From NCBI RefSeq assembly GCF_009914755.1, contig NC_060936.1: DNA of 64,000 bases, one strand, 5' to 3'. The translations under genes were made by a program, and so were the position numbers. This stretch comes from the human T2T-CHM13v2.0 reference genome, Homo sapiens. Position 1 is the first letter of the stretch, and each line of letters begins with the position of its first letter. Positions 1 through 11,700 of the stretch are shown in pieces. The notes beneath the pieces were generated by a model. That model did not search any database and was not told the DNA's origin. It saw only the letters and a list, made by a program, of their open reading frames with translations.

Positions 1-279
1 GAGTGTTTCCAAACTGCTCCATCAAAAGAAAGGTTAACCTCCTGAGTTGAACACACACATCACAAAGTAGTTTCTGTGAATGATTCTGTCTAGTTTTTAT
101 ACGAAGATGTTTCCTTTTCTACCTTTGGTCTCAAAGCGATTGAAATCTCCACATGGAAACTCCACAAAAAGAGTGTTTCAAATCTGCTCTTTCTGAAGGA
201 AGGTTCATCTTTGTGAGTTGAATACACACACCACAAATAAGTTACTGAGAATTCTTCTGTGTAACATTATATGAGGAAA

Positions 280-296
280 TCCCGTTTCCAACGAAG
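280..296 (-). promoter_or_regulatory. CENP-B box (dimer 1), canonical; recurs in every HOR
   Basis: + strand tcccgtttccaacgaag = minus strand CTTCGTTGGAAACGGGA, matching core nTTCGnnnnAnnCGGGn. Confidence 0.97.
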
Positions 297-619
297 GCCT
301 CAAAGAGGTCCAAATATCCACTTGCAGACTTTACAAAGACAGTGTCTCCAAACTCCTCCATCAAAAGAAAGGTTATACTCTGTGAATTGAACGCACACAT
401 CACAAAGTAGTTTCTGAGAATGATTCTGTCTAGTTTTTATACGAAGATATTTCCTTTTCTACATTTGGCCTAAAAGCGCTTGAAATCTCCACCTGCAAAT
501 ATCACAAAAAGAGGGTTTCACATCTGCTCTGTCTAAAGGACAGTTCACCTCTGTGAGTTGAATAGAGGCAACACAAAGAACTTATTCAGTATTCTTCTTT
601 CTAGCGTTCTATGAAGAAA

Positions 620-636
620 TCCCGTTTCCAACGAAG
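620..636 (-). promoter_or_regulatory. CENP-B box (dimer 2), canonical; recurs in every HOR
   Basis: tcccgtttccaacgaag, 340 bp after the first box. Confidence 0.97.
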
Positions 637-708
637 GCCCCAAAGAGGTCCAAATATCTGCTTGCAGACTTTACAGACAGAGTGTTTCCAAACTACTCTA
701 TGAAAAGA

Positions 709-714
709 AAGCTT
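709..714. other. HindIII site, once per HOR (diagnostic ~1.36-kb ladder)
   Basis: aagctt in gaaaagaaagcttaaactc. Other sites in U1: PvuII cagctg 1170-1175, XbaI tctaga 1109-1114, EcoRI gaattc 249-254 and 929-934. Confidence 0.95.
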
Positions 715-959
715 AAACTCCTTGAGTTGAACGCACACATCACAAAGTAGTTTCTGAGAATGATTCTGTCTAGTTTTTATACGAAGATGTTTCCTTTTCT
801 ACATTTGGTCTCAAAGCGATTGAAATCTCCAACTGGAAACTGCACAAATAGGGTGTTTCAAATCTGCTCTGTCTAAAGGAAGGTTCAACTCTGTGAGTTG
901 AATACACACACCACAAATAAGTTACTGAGAATTCTTCTGTCGAACATTACTTGAAGAAA

Positions 960-976
960 TTCCGTTTCCAACGAAG
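960..976 (-). promoter_or_regulatory. CENP-B box (dimer 3), variant with a core substitution in this copy
   Basis: ttccgtttccaacgaag = CTTCGTTGGAAACGGAA; core CGGG is changed to CGGA. The box is canonical in most other HOR copies. Confidence 0.9.
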
Positions 977-1130
977 GCCTCAAAGAGGTCCAAATATCCA
1001 CTTGCAGACATTACAAACAGAGTGTTTCCAAACTGCTCCATCAAAAGAAAGGTTAAACTCTGTGAGCTGAACACACACATCAAAAAGAAGTTTCTGTGAA
1101 TGATTCTGTCTAGATTTTATAAGAAGATGT

Positions 1131-1147
1131 TTCCTTTTCTACCGTAG
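1131..1147 (+). other. A-box / pJalpha-type motif of A-type monomers, alternating with CENP-B-box monomers
   Basis: ttccttttctaccgtag occupies the monomer position equivalent to the CENP-B box in alternate monomers (also ttccttttctacctttg, ttccttttctacatttg). It resembles the pJalpha consensus TTCCTTTTYCACCRTAG. Confidence 0.7.
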
Positions 1148-1298
1148 GCCTCAAAGCGCTTGAAATCTCCAGCTGCAAATTCCACAAAAAGGGTGTTTAA
1201 CATCTGCTCTTCTAAAGGAAAGTTCAACTCTATGAGTTGAATACACACAGCACAAAGAAGTTACTGAGACTTCTCCTATCAAACATTATATGAAGAAA

Positions 1299-1315
1299 TC
1301 CCGTTTCCAACGAAG
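1299..1315 (-). promoter_or_regulatory. CENP-B box (dimer 4), canonical; recurs in every HOR
   Basis: tcccgtttccaacgaag at 1299; the next box is at 1639. Confidence 0.97.
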
Positions 1316-1358
1316 GCCTCAAAGAGGTCCAAATATCTGCTTGCAGACTTTACAGACA

Positions 1359-2717
1359 GAGTGTTTCCAAACTGCTCCATCAAAAGAAAGGTTAACCTCC
1401 TTGAGTTGAACACACACATCACAAAGTAGTTTCTGTGAATGATTCTGTCTAGTTTTTATACGAAGATGTTTCCTTTTCTACCTTTGGTCTCAAAGCGATT
1501 GAAATCTCCACATGGAAACTCCACAAAAAGAGTGTTTCAAATCTGCTCTTTCTGAAGGAAGGTTCATCTCTGTGAGTTGAATACACACACCACAAATAAG
1601 TTACTGAGAATTCTTCTGTGTAACATTATATGAGGAAATCCCGTTTCCAACGAAGGCCTCAAAGAGGTCCAAATATCCACTTGCAGACTTTACAAAGACA
1701 GTGTCTCCAAACTCCTCCATCAAAAGAAAGGTTATACTCTGTGAATTGAACGCACACATCACAAAGTAGTTTCTGAGAATGATTCTGTCTAGTTTTTATA
1801 CGAAGATATTTCCTTTTCTACATTTGGCCTAAAAGCGCTTGAAATCTCCACCTGCAAATATCACAAAAAGAGGGTTTCACATCTGCTCTGTCTAAAGGAC
1901 AGTTCACCTCTGTGAGTTGAATAGAGGCAACACAAAGAACTTATTCAGTATTCTTCTTTCTAGCGTTCTATGAAGAAATCCCGTTTCCAACGAAGGCCCC
2001 AAAGAGGTCCAAATATCTGCTTGCAGACTTTACAGACAGAGTGTTTCCAAACTACTCTATGAAAAGAAAGCTTAAACTCCTTGAGTTGAACGCACACATC
2101 ACAAAGTAGTTTCTGAGAATGATTCTGTCTAGTTTTTATACGAAGATGTTTCCTTTTCTACATTTGGTCTCAAAGCGATTGAAATCTCCAACTGGAAACT
2201 GCACAAATAGGGTGTTTCAAATCTGCTCTGTCTAAAGGAAGGTTCAACTCTGTGAGTTGAATACACACACCACAAATAAGTTACTGAGAATTCTTCTGTC
2301 GAACATTACTTGAAGAAATTCCGTTTCCAACGAAGGCCTCAAAGAGGTCCAAATATCCACTTGCAGACATTACAAACAGAGTGTTTCCAAACTGCTCCAT
2401 GAAAAGAAAGGTTAAACTCTGTGAGCTGAATACACACATCAAAAAGAAGTTTCTGTTAATGATTCTGTCTAGATTTTATAAGAAGATGTTTCCTTTTCTA
2501 CCGTAGGCCTCAAAGCGCTTGAAATCTCCAGCTGCAAATTCCACAAAAAGGGTGTTTAACATCTGCTCTTCTAAAGGAAAGTTCAACTCTATGAGTTGAA
2601 TACACACAGCACAAAGAAGTTACTGAGACTTCTCCTATCAAACATTATATGAAGAAATCCCGTTTCCAACGAAGGCCTCAAAGAGGTCCAAATATCTGCT
2701 TGCAGACTTTACAGACA
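1359..2717 (-). repeat. Representative full-length HOR unit (U2), 1359 bp = 4 dimers / 8 monomers
   Basis: gagtgtttccaaactgctccatcaaaagaaaggttaacctcc begins at 1359 and again at 2718. CENP-B box spacing measured in U1-U2 is 340, 340, 339, 340 bp. Confidence 0.97.
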
Positions 2718-5700
2718 GAGTGTTTCCAAACTGCTCCATCAAAAGAAAGGTTAACCTCCTTGAGTTGAACACACACATCACAAAGTAGTTTCTGTGAATG
2801 ATTCTGTCTAGTTTTTATACGAAGATGTTTCCTTTTCTACCTTTGGTCTCAAAGCGATTGAAATCTCCACATGGAAACTCCACAAAAAGAGTGTTTCAAA
2901 TCTGCTCTTTCTGAAGGAAGGTTCATCTCTGTGAGTTGAATACACACACCACAAATAAGTTACTGAGAATTCTTCTGTGTAACATTATATGAGGAAATCC
3001 CGTTTCCAACGAAGGCCTCAAAGAGGTCCAAATATCCACTTGCAGACCTTACAAAGACAGTGTCTCCAAACTCCTCCATCAAAAGAAAGGTTATACTCTG
3101 TGAATTGAACGCACACATCACAAAGTAGTTTCTGAGAATGATTCTGTCTAGTTTTTATACGAAGATATTTCCTTTTCTACATTTGGCCTAAAAGTGCTTG
3201 AAATCTCCACCTGCAAATATCACAAAAAGAGGGTTTCACATCTGCTCTGTCTAAAGGACAGTTCACCTCTGTGAGTTGAATAGAGGCAACACAAAGAACT
3301 TACTCAGTATTCTTCTTTCTAGCGTTCTATGAAGAAATCCCGTTTCCAACGAAGGCCCCAAAGAGGTCCAAATATCTGCTTGCAGACTTTACAGACAGAG
3401 TGTTTCCAAACTACTCTATGAAAAGAAAGCTTAAACTCCTTGAGTTGAACGCACACATCACAAAGTAGTTTCTGAGAATGATTCTGTCTAGTTTTTATAC
3501 GAAGATGTTTCCTTTTCTACATTTGGTCTCAAAGCGATTGAAATCTCCAACTGGAAACTGCACAAATAGGGTGTTTCAAATCTGCTCTGTCTAAAGGAAG
3601 GTTCAACTCTGTGAGTTGAATACACACACCACAAATAAGTTACTGAGAATTCTTCTGTCGAACATTACTTGAAGAAATCCCGTTTCCAACGAAGGCCTCA
3701 AAGAGGTCCAAATATCCACTTGCAGACATTACAAAGAGAGTGTTTCCAAACTGCTCCATCAAAAGAAAGGTTAAACTCTGTGAGCTGAACACACACATCA
3801 AAAAGAAGTTTCTGTGAATGATTCTGTCTAGATTTTATAAGAAGATGTTTCCTTTTCTACCGTAGGCCTCAAAGCGCTTGAAATCTCCAGCTGCAAATTC
3901 CACAAAAAGGGTGTTTAACATCTGCTCTTCTAAAGGAAAGTTCAACTCTATGAGTTGAATACACACAGCATAAAGAAGTTACTGAGACTTCTCCTATCAA
4001 ACATTATATGAAAAAATCCCATTTCCAACGAAGGCCTCAAAGAGGTCCAAATATCTGCTTGCAGACTTTACAGACAGAGTGTTTCCAAACTGCTCCATCA
4101 AAAGAAAGGTTAACCTCCTGAGTTGAACACACACATCACAAAGTAGTTTCTGTGAATGATTCTGTCTAGTTTTTATACGAAGATGTTTCCTTTTCTACCT
4201 TTGGTCTCAAAGCGATTGAAATCTCCACATGGAAACTCCACAAAAAGAGTGTTTCAAATCTGCTCTTTCTGAAGGAAGGTTCATCTTTGTGAGTTGAATA
4301 CACACACCACAAATAAGTTACTGAGAATTCTTCTGTGTAACATTATATGAGGAAATCCCGTTTCCAACGAAGGCCTCAAAGAGGTCCAAATATCCACTTG
4401 CAGACTTTACAAAGACAGTGTCTCCAAACTCCTCCATCAAAAGAAAGGTTATACTCTGTGAATTGAACGCACACATCACAAAGTAGTTTCTGAGAATGAT
4501 TCTGTCTAGTTTTTATACGAAGATATTTCCTTTTCTACATTTGGCCTAAAAGCGCTTGAAATCTCCACCTGCAAATATCACAAAAAGAGGGTTTCACATC
4601 TGCTCTGTCTAAAGGACAGTTCACCTCTGTGAGTTGAATAGAGGCAACACAAAGAACTTATTCAGTATTCTTCTTTCTAGCGTTCTATGAAGAAATCCCG
4701 TTTCCAACGAAGGCCCCAAAGAGGTCCAAATATCTGCTTGCAGACTTTACAGACAGAGTGTTTCCAAACTACTCTATGAAAAGAAAGCTTAAACTCCTTG
4801 AGTTGAACGCACACATCACAAAGTAGTTTCTGAGAATGATTCTGTCTAGTTTTTATACGAAGATGTTTCCTTTTCTACATTTGGTCTCAAAGCGATTGAA
4901 ATCTCCAACTGGAAACTGCACAAATAGGGTGTTTCAAATCTGCTCTGTCTAAAGGAAGGTTCAACTCTGTGAGTTGAATACACACACCACAAATAAGTTA
5001 CTGAGAATTCTTCTGTCGAACATTACTTGAAGAAATTCCGTTTCCAACGAAGGCCTCAAAGAGGTCCAAATATCCACTTGCAGACATTACAAACAGAGTG
5101 TTTCCAAACTGCTCCATGAAAAGAAAGGTTAAACTCTGTGAGCTGAACACACACATCAAAAAGAAGTTTCTGTGAATGATTCTGTCTAGATTTTATAAGA
5201 AGATGTTTCCTTTTCTACCGTAGGCCTCAAAGCGCTTGAAATCTCCAGCTGCAAATTCCACAAAAAGGGTGTTTAACATCTGCTCTTCTAAAGGAAAGTT
5301 CAACTCTATGAGTTGAATACACACAGCACAAAGAAGTTACTGAGACTTCTCCTATCAAACATTATATGAAGAAATCCCGTTTCCAACGAAGGCCTCAAAG
5401 AGGTCCAAATATCTGCTTGCAGACTTTACAGACAGAGTGTTTCCAAACTGCTCCATCAAAAGAAAGGTTAACCTCCTTGAGTTGAACACACACATCACAA
5501 AGTAGTTTCTGTGAATGATTCTGTCTAGTTTTTATACGAAGATGTTTCCTTTTCTACCTTTGGTCTCAAAGCGATTGAAATCTCCACATGGAAACTCCAC
5601 AAAAAGAGTGTTTCAAATCTGCTCTTTCTGAAGGAAGGTTCATCTCTGTGAGTTGAATACACACACCACAAATAAGTTACTGAGAATTCTTCTGTGTAAC

Positions 5701-8700
5701 ATTATATGAGGAAATCCCGTTTCCAACGAAGGCCTCAAAGAGGTCCAAATATCCACTTGCAGACTTTACAAAGACAGTGTCTCCAAACTCCTCCATCAAA
5801 AGAAAGGTTATACTCTGTGAATTGAACGCACACATCACAAAGTAGTTTCTGAGAATGATTCTGTCTAGTTTTTATACGAAGATATTTCCTTTTCTACATT
5901 TGGCCTAAAAGCGCTTGAAATCTCCACCTGCAAATATCACAAAAAGAGGGTTTCACATCTGCTCTGTCTAAAGGACAGTTCACCTCTGTGAGTTGAATAG
6001 AGGCAACACAAAGAACTTATTCAGTATTCTTCTTTCTAGCGTTCTATGAAGAAATCCCGTTTCCAACGAAGGCCCCAAAGAGGTCCAAATATCTGCTTGC
6101 AGACTTTACAGACAGAGTGTTTCCAAACTACTCTATGAAAAGAAAGCTTAAACTCCTTGAGTTGAACGCACACATCACAAAGTAGTTTCTGAGAATGATT
6201 CTGTCTAGTTTTTATACGAAGATGTTTCCTTTTCTACATTTGGTCTCAAAGCGATTGAAATCTCCAACTGGAAACTGCACAAATAGGGTGTTTCAAATCT
6301 GCTCTGTCTAAAGGAAGGTTCAACTCTGTGAGTTGAATACACACACCACAAATAAGTTACTGAGAATTCTTCTGTCGAACATTACTTGAAGAAATTCCGT
6401 TTCCAACGAAGGCCTCAAAGAGGTCCAAATATCCACTTGCAGACATTACAAACAGAGTGTTTCCAAACTGCTCCATGAAAAGAAAGGTTAAACTCTGTGA
6501 GCTGAACACACACATCAAAAAGAAGTTTCTGTTAATGATTCTGTCTAGATTTTATAAGAAGATGTTTCCTTTTCTACCGTAGGCCTCAAAGCGCTTGAAA
6601 TCTCCAGCTGCAAATTCCACAAAAAGGGTGTTTAACATCTGCTCTTCTAAAGGAAAGTTCAACTCTATGAGTTGAATACACACAGCACAAAGAAGTTACT
6701 GAGACTTCTCCTATCAAACATTATATGAAGAAATCCCGTTTCCAACGAAGGCCTCAAAGAGGTCCAAATATCTGCTTGCAGACTTTACAGACAGAGTGTT
6801 TCCAAACTGCTCCATCAAAAGAAAGGTTAACCTCCTTGAGTTGAACACACACATCACAAAGTAGTTTCTGTGAATGATTCTGTCTAGTTTTTATACGAAG
6901 ATGTTTCCTTTTCTACCTTTGGTCTCAAAGCGATTGAAATCTCCACATGGAAACTCCACAAAAAGAGTGTTTCAAATCTGCTCTTTCTGAAGGAAGGTTC
7001 ATCTCTGTGAGTTGAATACACACACCACAAATAAGTTACTGAGAATTCTTCTGTGTAACATTATATGAGGAAATCCCGTTTCCAACGAAGGCCTCAAAGA
7101 GGTCCAAATATCCACTTGCAGACCTTACAAAGACAGTGTCTCCAAACTCCTCCATCAAAAGAAAGGTTATACTCTGTGAATTGAACGCACACATCACAAA
7201 GTAGTTTCTGAGAATGATTCTGTCTAGTTTTTATACGAAGATATTTCCTTTTCTACATTTGGCCTAAAAGTGCTTGAAATCTCCACCTGCAAATATCACA
7301 AAAAGAGGGTTTCACATCTGCTCTGTCTAAAGGACAGTTCACCTCTGTGAGTTGAATAGAGGCAACACAAAGAACTTACTCAGTATTCTTCTTTCTAGCG
7401 TTCTATGAAGAAATCCCGTTTCCAACGAAGGCCCCAAAGAGGTCCAAATATCTGCTTGCAGACTTTACAGACAGAGTGTTTCCAAACTACTCTATGAAAA
7501 GAAAGCTTAAACTCCTTGAGTTGAACGCACACATCACAAAGTAGTTTCTGAGAATGATTCTGTCTAGTTTTTATACGAAGATGTTTCCTTTTCTACATTT
7601 GGTCTCAAAGCGATTGAAATCTCCAACTGGAAACTGCACAAATAGGGTGTTTCAAATCTGCTCTGTCTAAAGGAAGGTTCAACTCTGTGAGTTGAATACA
7701 CACACCACAAATAAGTTACTGAGAATTCTTCTGTCGAACATTACTTGAAGAAATCCCGTTTCCAACGAAGGCCTCAAAGAGGTCCAAATATCCACTTGCA
7801 GACATTACAAACAGAGTGTTTCCAAACTGCTCCATCAAAAGAAAGGTTAAACTCTGTGAGCTGAACACACACATCAAAAAGAAGTTTCTGTGAATGATTC
7901 TGTCTAGATTTTATAAGAAGATGTTTCCTTTTCTACCGTAGGCCTCAAAGCGCTTGAAATCTCCAGCTGCAAATTCCACAAAAAGGGTGTTTAACATCTG
8001 CTCTTCTAAAGGAAAGTTCAACTCTATGAGTTGAATACACACAGCACAAAGAAGTTACTGAGACTTCTCCTATCAAACATTATATGAAGAAATCCCGTTT
8101 CCAACGAAGGCCTCAAAGAGGTCCAAATATCTGCTTGCAGACTTTACAGACAGAGTGTTTCCAAACTGCTCCATCAAAAGAAAGGTTAAACTCCTTGAGT
8201 TGAACACACACATCACAAAGTAGTTTCTGTGAATGATTCTGTCTAGTTTTTATACGAAGATGTTTCCTTTTCTACCTTTGGTCTCAATGCGATTGAAATC
8301 TCCACATGGAAACTCCACAAAAAGAGTGTTTCAAATCTGCTCTTTCTGAAGGAAGGTTCAACTCTGTGAGTTGAATACACACACCACAAATAAGTTACTG
8401 AGAATTCTTCTGTGTAACATTATATGAGGAAATCCCGTTTCCAACGAAGGCCTCGAAGAGATCCAAATATCCACTTGCAGACTTTACAAAGACAGTGTCT
8501 CCAAACTCCTCCATCAAAAGAAAGGTTATACTCTGTGAATTGAACGCACACATCACAAAGTAGTTTCTGAGAATGATTCTGTCTAGTTTTTATACGAAGA
8601 TATTTCCTTTTCTACATTTGGCCTAAAAGCGCTTGAAATCTCCACCTGCAAATATCACAAAAAGAGGGTTTCACATCTGCTCTGTCTAAAGGACAGTTCA

Positions 8701-11700
8701 CCTCTGTGAGTTGAATAGAGGCAACACAAAGAACTTACTCAGTATTCTTCTTTCTAGCGTTCTATGAAGAAATCCCGTTTCCAACGAAGGCCCTAAAGAG
8801 GTCCAAATATCTGCTTGCAGACTTTACAGACAGAGTGTTTCCAAACTACTCTATGAAAAGAAAGCTTAAACTCCTTGAGTTGAACGCACACATCACAAAG
8901 TAGTTTCTGAGAATGATTCTGTCTAGTTGTTATACGAAGATGTTTCCTTTTCTACATTTGGTCTCAAAGCGATTGAAATCTCCAACTGGAAACTGCACAA
9001 ATAGGGTGTTTCAAATCTGCTCTGTCTAAAGGAAGGTTCAACTCTGTGAGTTGAATACACACACCACAAATAAGTTACTGAGAATTCTTCTGTCGAACAT
9101 TACTTGAAGAAATCCCGTTTCCAACGAAGGCCTCAAAGCGGTCCAAATATCCACTTGCAGACATTACAAACAGAGTGTTTCCAAACTGCTCCATCAAAAG
9201 AAAGGTTAAACTCTGTGAGCTGAACACACACATCAAAAAGAAGTGTCTGTGAATGATTCTGTCTAGATTTTATAAGAAGATGTTTCCTTTTCTACCGTAG
9301 GTCTCAAAGAGCTTGAAATCTCCAGCTGCAAATTCCACAAAAAGGGTGTTTAACATCTGCTCTTCTAAAGGAAAGTTCAACTCTATGAGTTGAATACACA
9401 CAGCACAAAGAAGTTACTGAGACTTCTTCTGTCTAACATTATATGAAGAAATCCCGTTTCCAACGAAGGCCTCAAAGAGGTCCAAATATCTGCTTGCAGA
9501 CTTTACAGACAGAGTGTTTCCAAACTGCTCCATCAAAAGAAAGGTTAAACTCCTTGAGTTGAACACACACATCACAAAGTAGTTTCTGTGAATGATTCTG
9601 TCTAGTTTTTATACGAAGATGTTTCCTTTTCTACCTTTGGTCTCAAAGCGATTGAAATCTCCACATGGAAACTCCACAAAAAGAGTGTTTCAAATCTGCT
9701 CTTTCTGAAGGAAGGTTCATCTCTGTGAGTTGAATACACACACCACAAATAAGTTACTGAGAATTCTTCTGTGTAACATTATATGAGGAAATCCCGTTTC
9801 CAACGAAGGCCTCAAAGAGGTCCAAATATCCACTTGCAGACTTTACAAAGACAGTGTCTCCAAACTCCTCCATCAAAAGAAAGGTTATACTCTGTGAATT
9901 GAACGCACACATCACAAAGTAGTTTCTGAGAATGATTCTGTCTAGTTTTTATACGAAGATATTTCCTTTTCTACATTTGGCCTAAAAGCGCTTGAAATCT
10001 CCACCTGCAAATATCACAAAAAGAGGGTTTCACATCTGCTCTGTCTGAAGGACAGTTCACCTCTGTGAGTTGAATAGAGGCAACACAAAGAACTTACTCA
10101 GTATTCTTCTTTCTAGCGTTCTATGAAGAAATCCCGTTTCCAACGAAGGCCTCAAAGAGGTCCAAATATCTGCTTGCAGACTTAACAGACAGAGTGTTTC
10201 CAAACTACTCTATGAAAAGAAAGCTTAAACTCCTTGAGTTGAACGCACACATCACAAAGTAGTTTCTGAGAACGATTCTGTCTAGTTTTTATACGAAGAT
10301 GTTTCCTTTTCTACATTTGGTCTCAAAGCGATTGAAATCTCCAACTGGAAACTGCACAAATAGGGTGTTTCAAATCTGCTCTGTCTAAAGGAAGGTTCAA
10401 CTCTGTGAGTTGAATACACACACCACAAATAAGTTACTGAGAATTCTTCTGTCGAACATTACTTGAAGAAATCCCGTTTCCAATGAAGGCCTCAAAGAGG
10501 TCCAAATAACCACTTGCAGACATTACAAACAGAGTGTTTCCAAACTGCTCCATCAAAAGAAAGGTTAAACTCTGTGAGCTGAACACACACATAAAAAAGA
10601 AGTTTCTGTGAATGATTCTGTCTAGATTTTATAAGAAGATGTTTCCTTTTCTACCGTAGGCCTCAAAGCGCTTGAAATCTCCAGCTGCAAATTCCACAAA
10701 AAGGGTGTTTAACATCTGCTCTTCTAAAGGAAAGTTCAACTCTATGAGTTGAATACACACAGCACAAAGAAGTTACTGAGACTTCTTCTGTCTAACATTA
10801 TATGAAGAAATCCCGTTTCCATCGAAGGCCTCAAAGAGGTCCAAATATCTGCTTGCAGACTTTACAGACAGAGTGTTTCCAAACTGCTCCATCAAAAGAA
10901 AGGTTAAACTCCTTGAGTTGAACACACACATCACAAAGTAGTTTCTGTGAATGATTCTGTCTAGTTTTTATACGAAGATGTTTCCTTTTCTACCTTTGGT
11001 CTCAAAGCGATTGAAATCTCCACATGGAAACTCCACAAAAAGAGTGTTTCAAATCTGCTCTTTCTGAAGGAAGGTTCATCTCTGTGAGTTGAATACACAC
11101 ACCACAAATAAGTTACTGAGAATTCTTCTGTGTAACATTATATGAGGAAATCCCGTTTCCAACGAAGGCCTCAAAGAGATCCAAATATCCACTTGCAGAC
11201 TTTACAAAGACAGTGTCTCCAAACTCCTCCATCAAAAGAAAGGTTATACTCTGTGAATTGAACGCACACATCACAAAGTAGTTTCTGAGAATGATTCTGT
11301 CTAGTTTTTATACGAAGATATTTCCTTTTCTACATTTGGCCTAAAAGCGCTTGAAATCTCCACCTGCAAATATCACAAAAAGAGGGTTTCACATCTGCTC
11401 TGTCTAAAGGACAGTTCACCTCTGTGAGTTGAATAGAGGCAACACAAAGAACTTACTCAGTATTCTTCTTTCTAGCGTTCTATGAAGAAATCCCGTTTCT
11501 AACGAAGGCCCCAAAGAGGTCCAAATATCTGCTTGCAGACTTTACAGACAGAGTGTTTCCAAACTACTCTATGAAAAGAAAGCTTAAACTCCTTGAGTTG
11601 AACGCACACATCACAAAGTAGTTTCTGAGAATGATTCTGTCTAGTTTTTATACGAAGATGTTTCCTTTTCTACATTTGGTCTCAAAGCGATTGAAATCTC

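Larger units (their letters stand above)
1..7400. repeat. Tandem 3-HOR block repeat (period 4076 bp): U1-U3 ~ U4-U6
   Basis: Markers shared in the same order at a 4076-bp offset: 1-bp deletion cctgag, catctttgtg, cttattcag, aaattccg, ctgttaat, gaccttaca, aaagtgcttg. The end coordinate is approximate. Confidence 0.85.

Noticed and set aside
50-60. Short (CA)n runs, A-tracts and small palindromes (aggcct, aagcgctt)
   Set aside because: These are constant parts of the alphoid monomer in every unit, not independent microsatellites, terminators or regulatory hairpins.
280-1315. Regularly spaced conserved 17-30 bp motif, superficially CRISPR-like
   Set aside because: The intervening sequences are homologous ~320-bp satellite, not unique spacers. 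The motif is the CENP-B box, and there are no cas genes.
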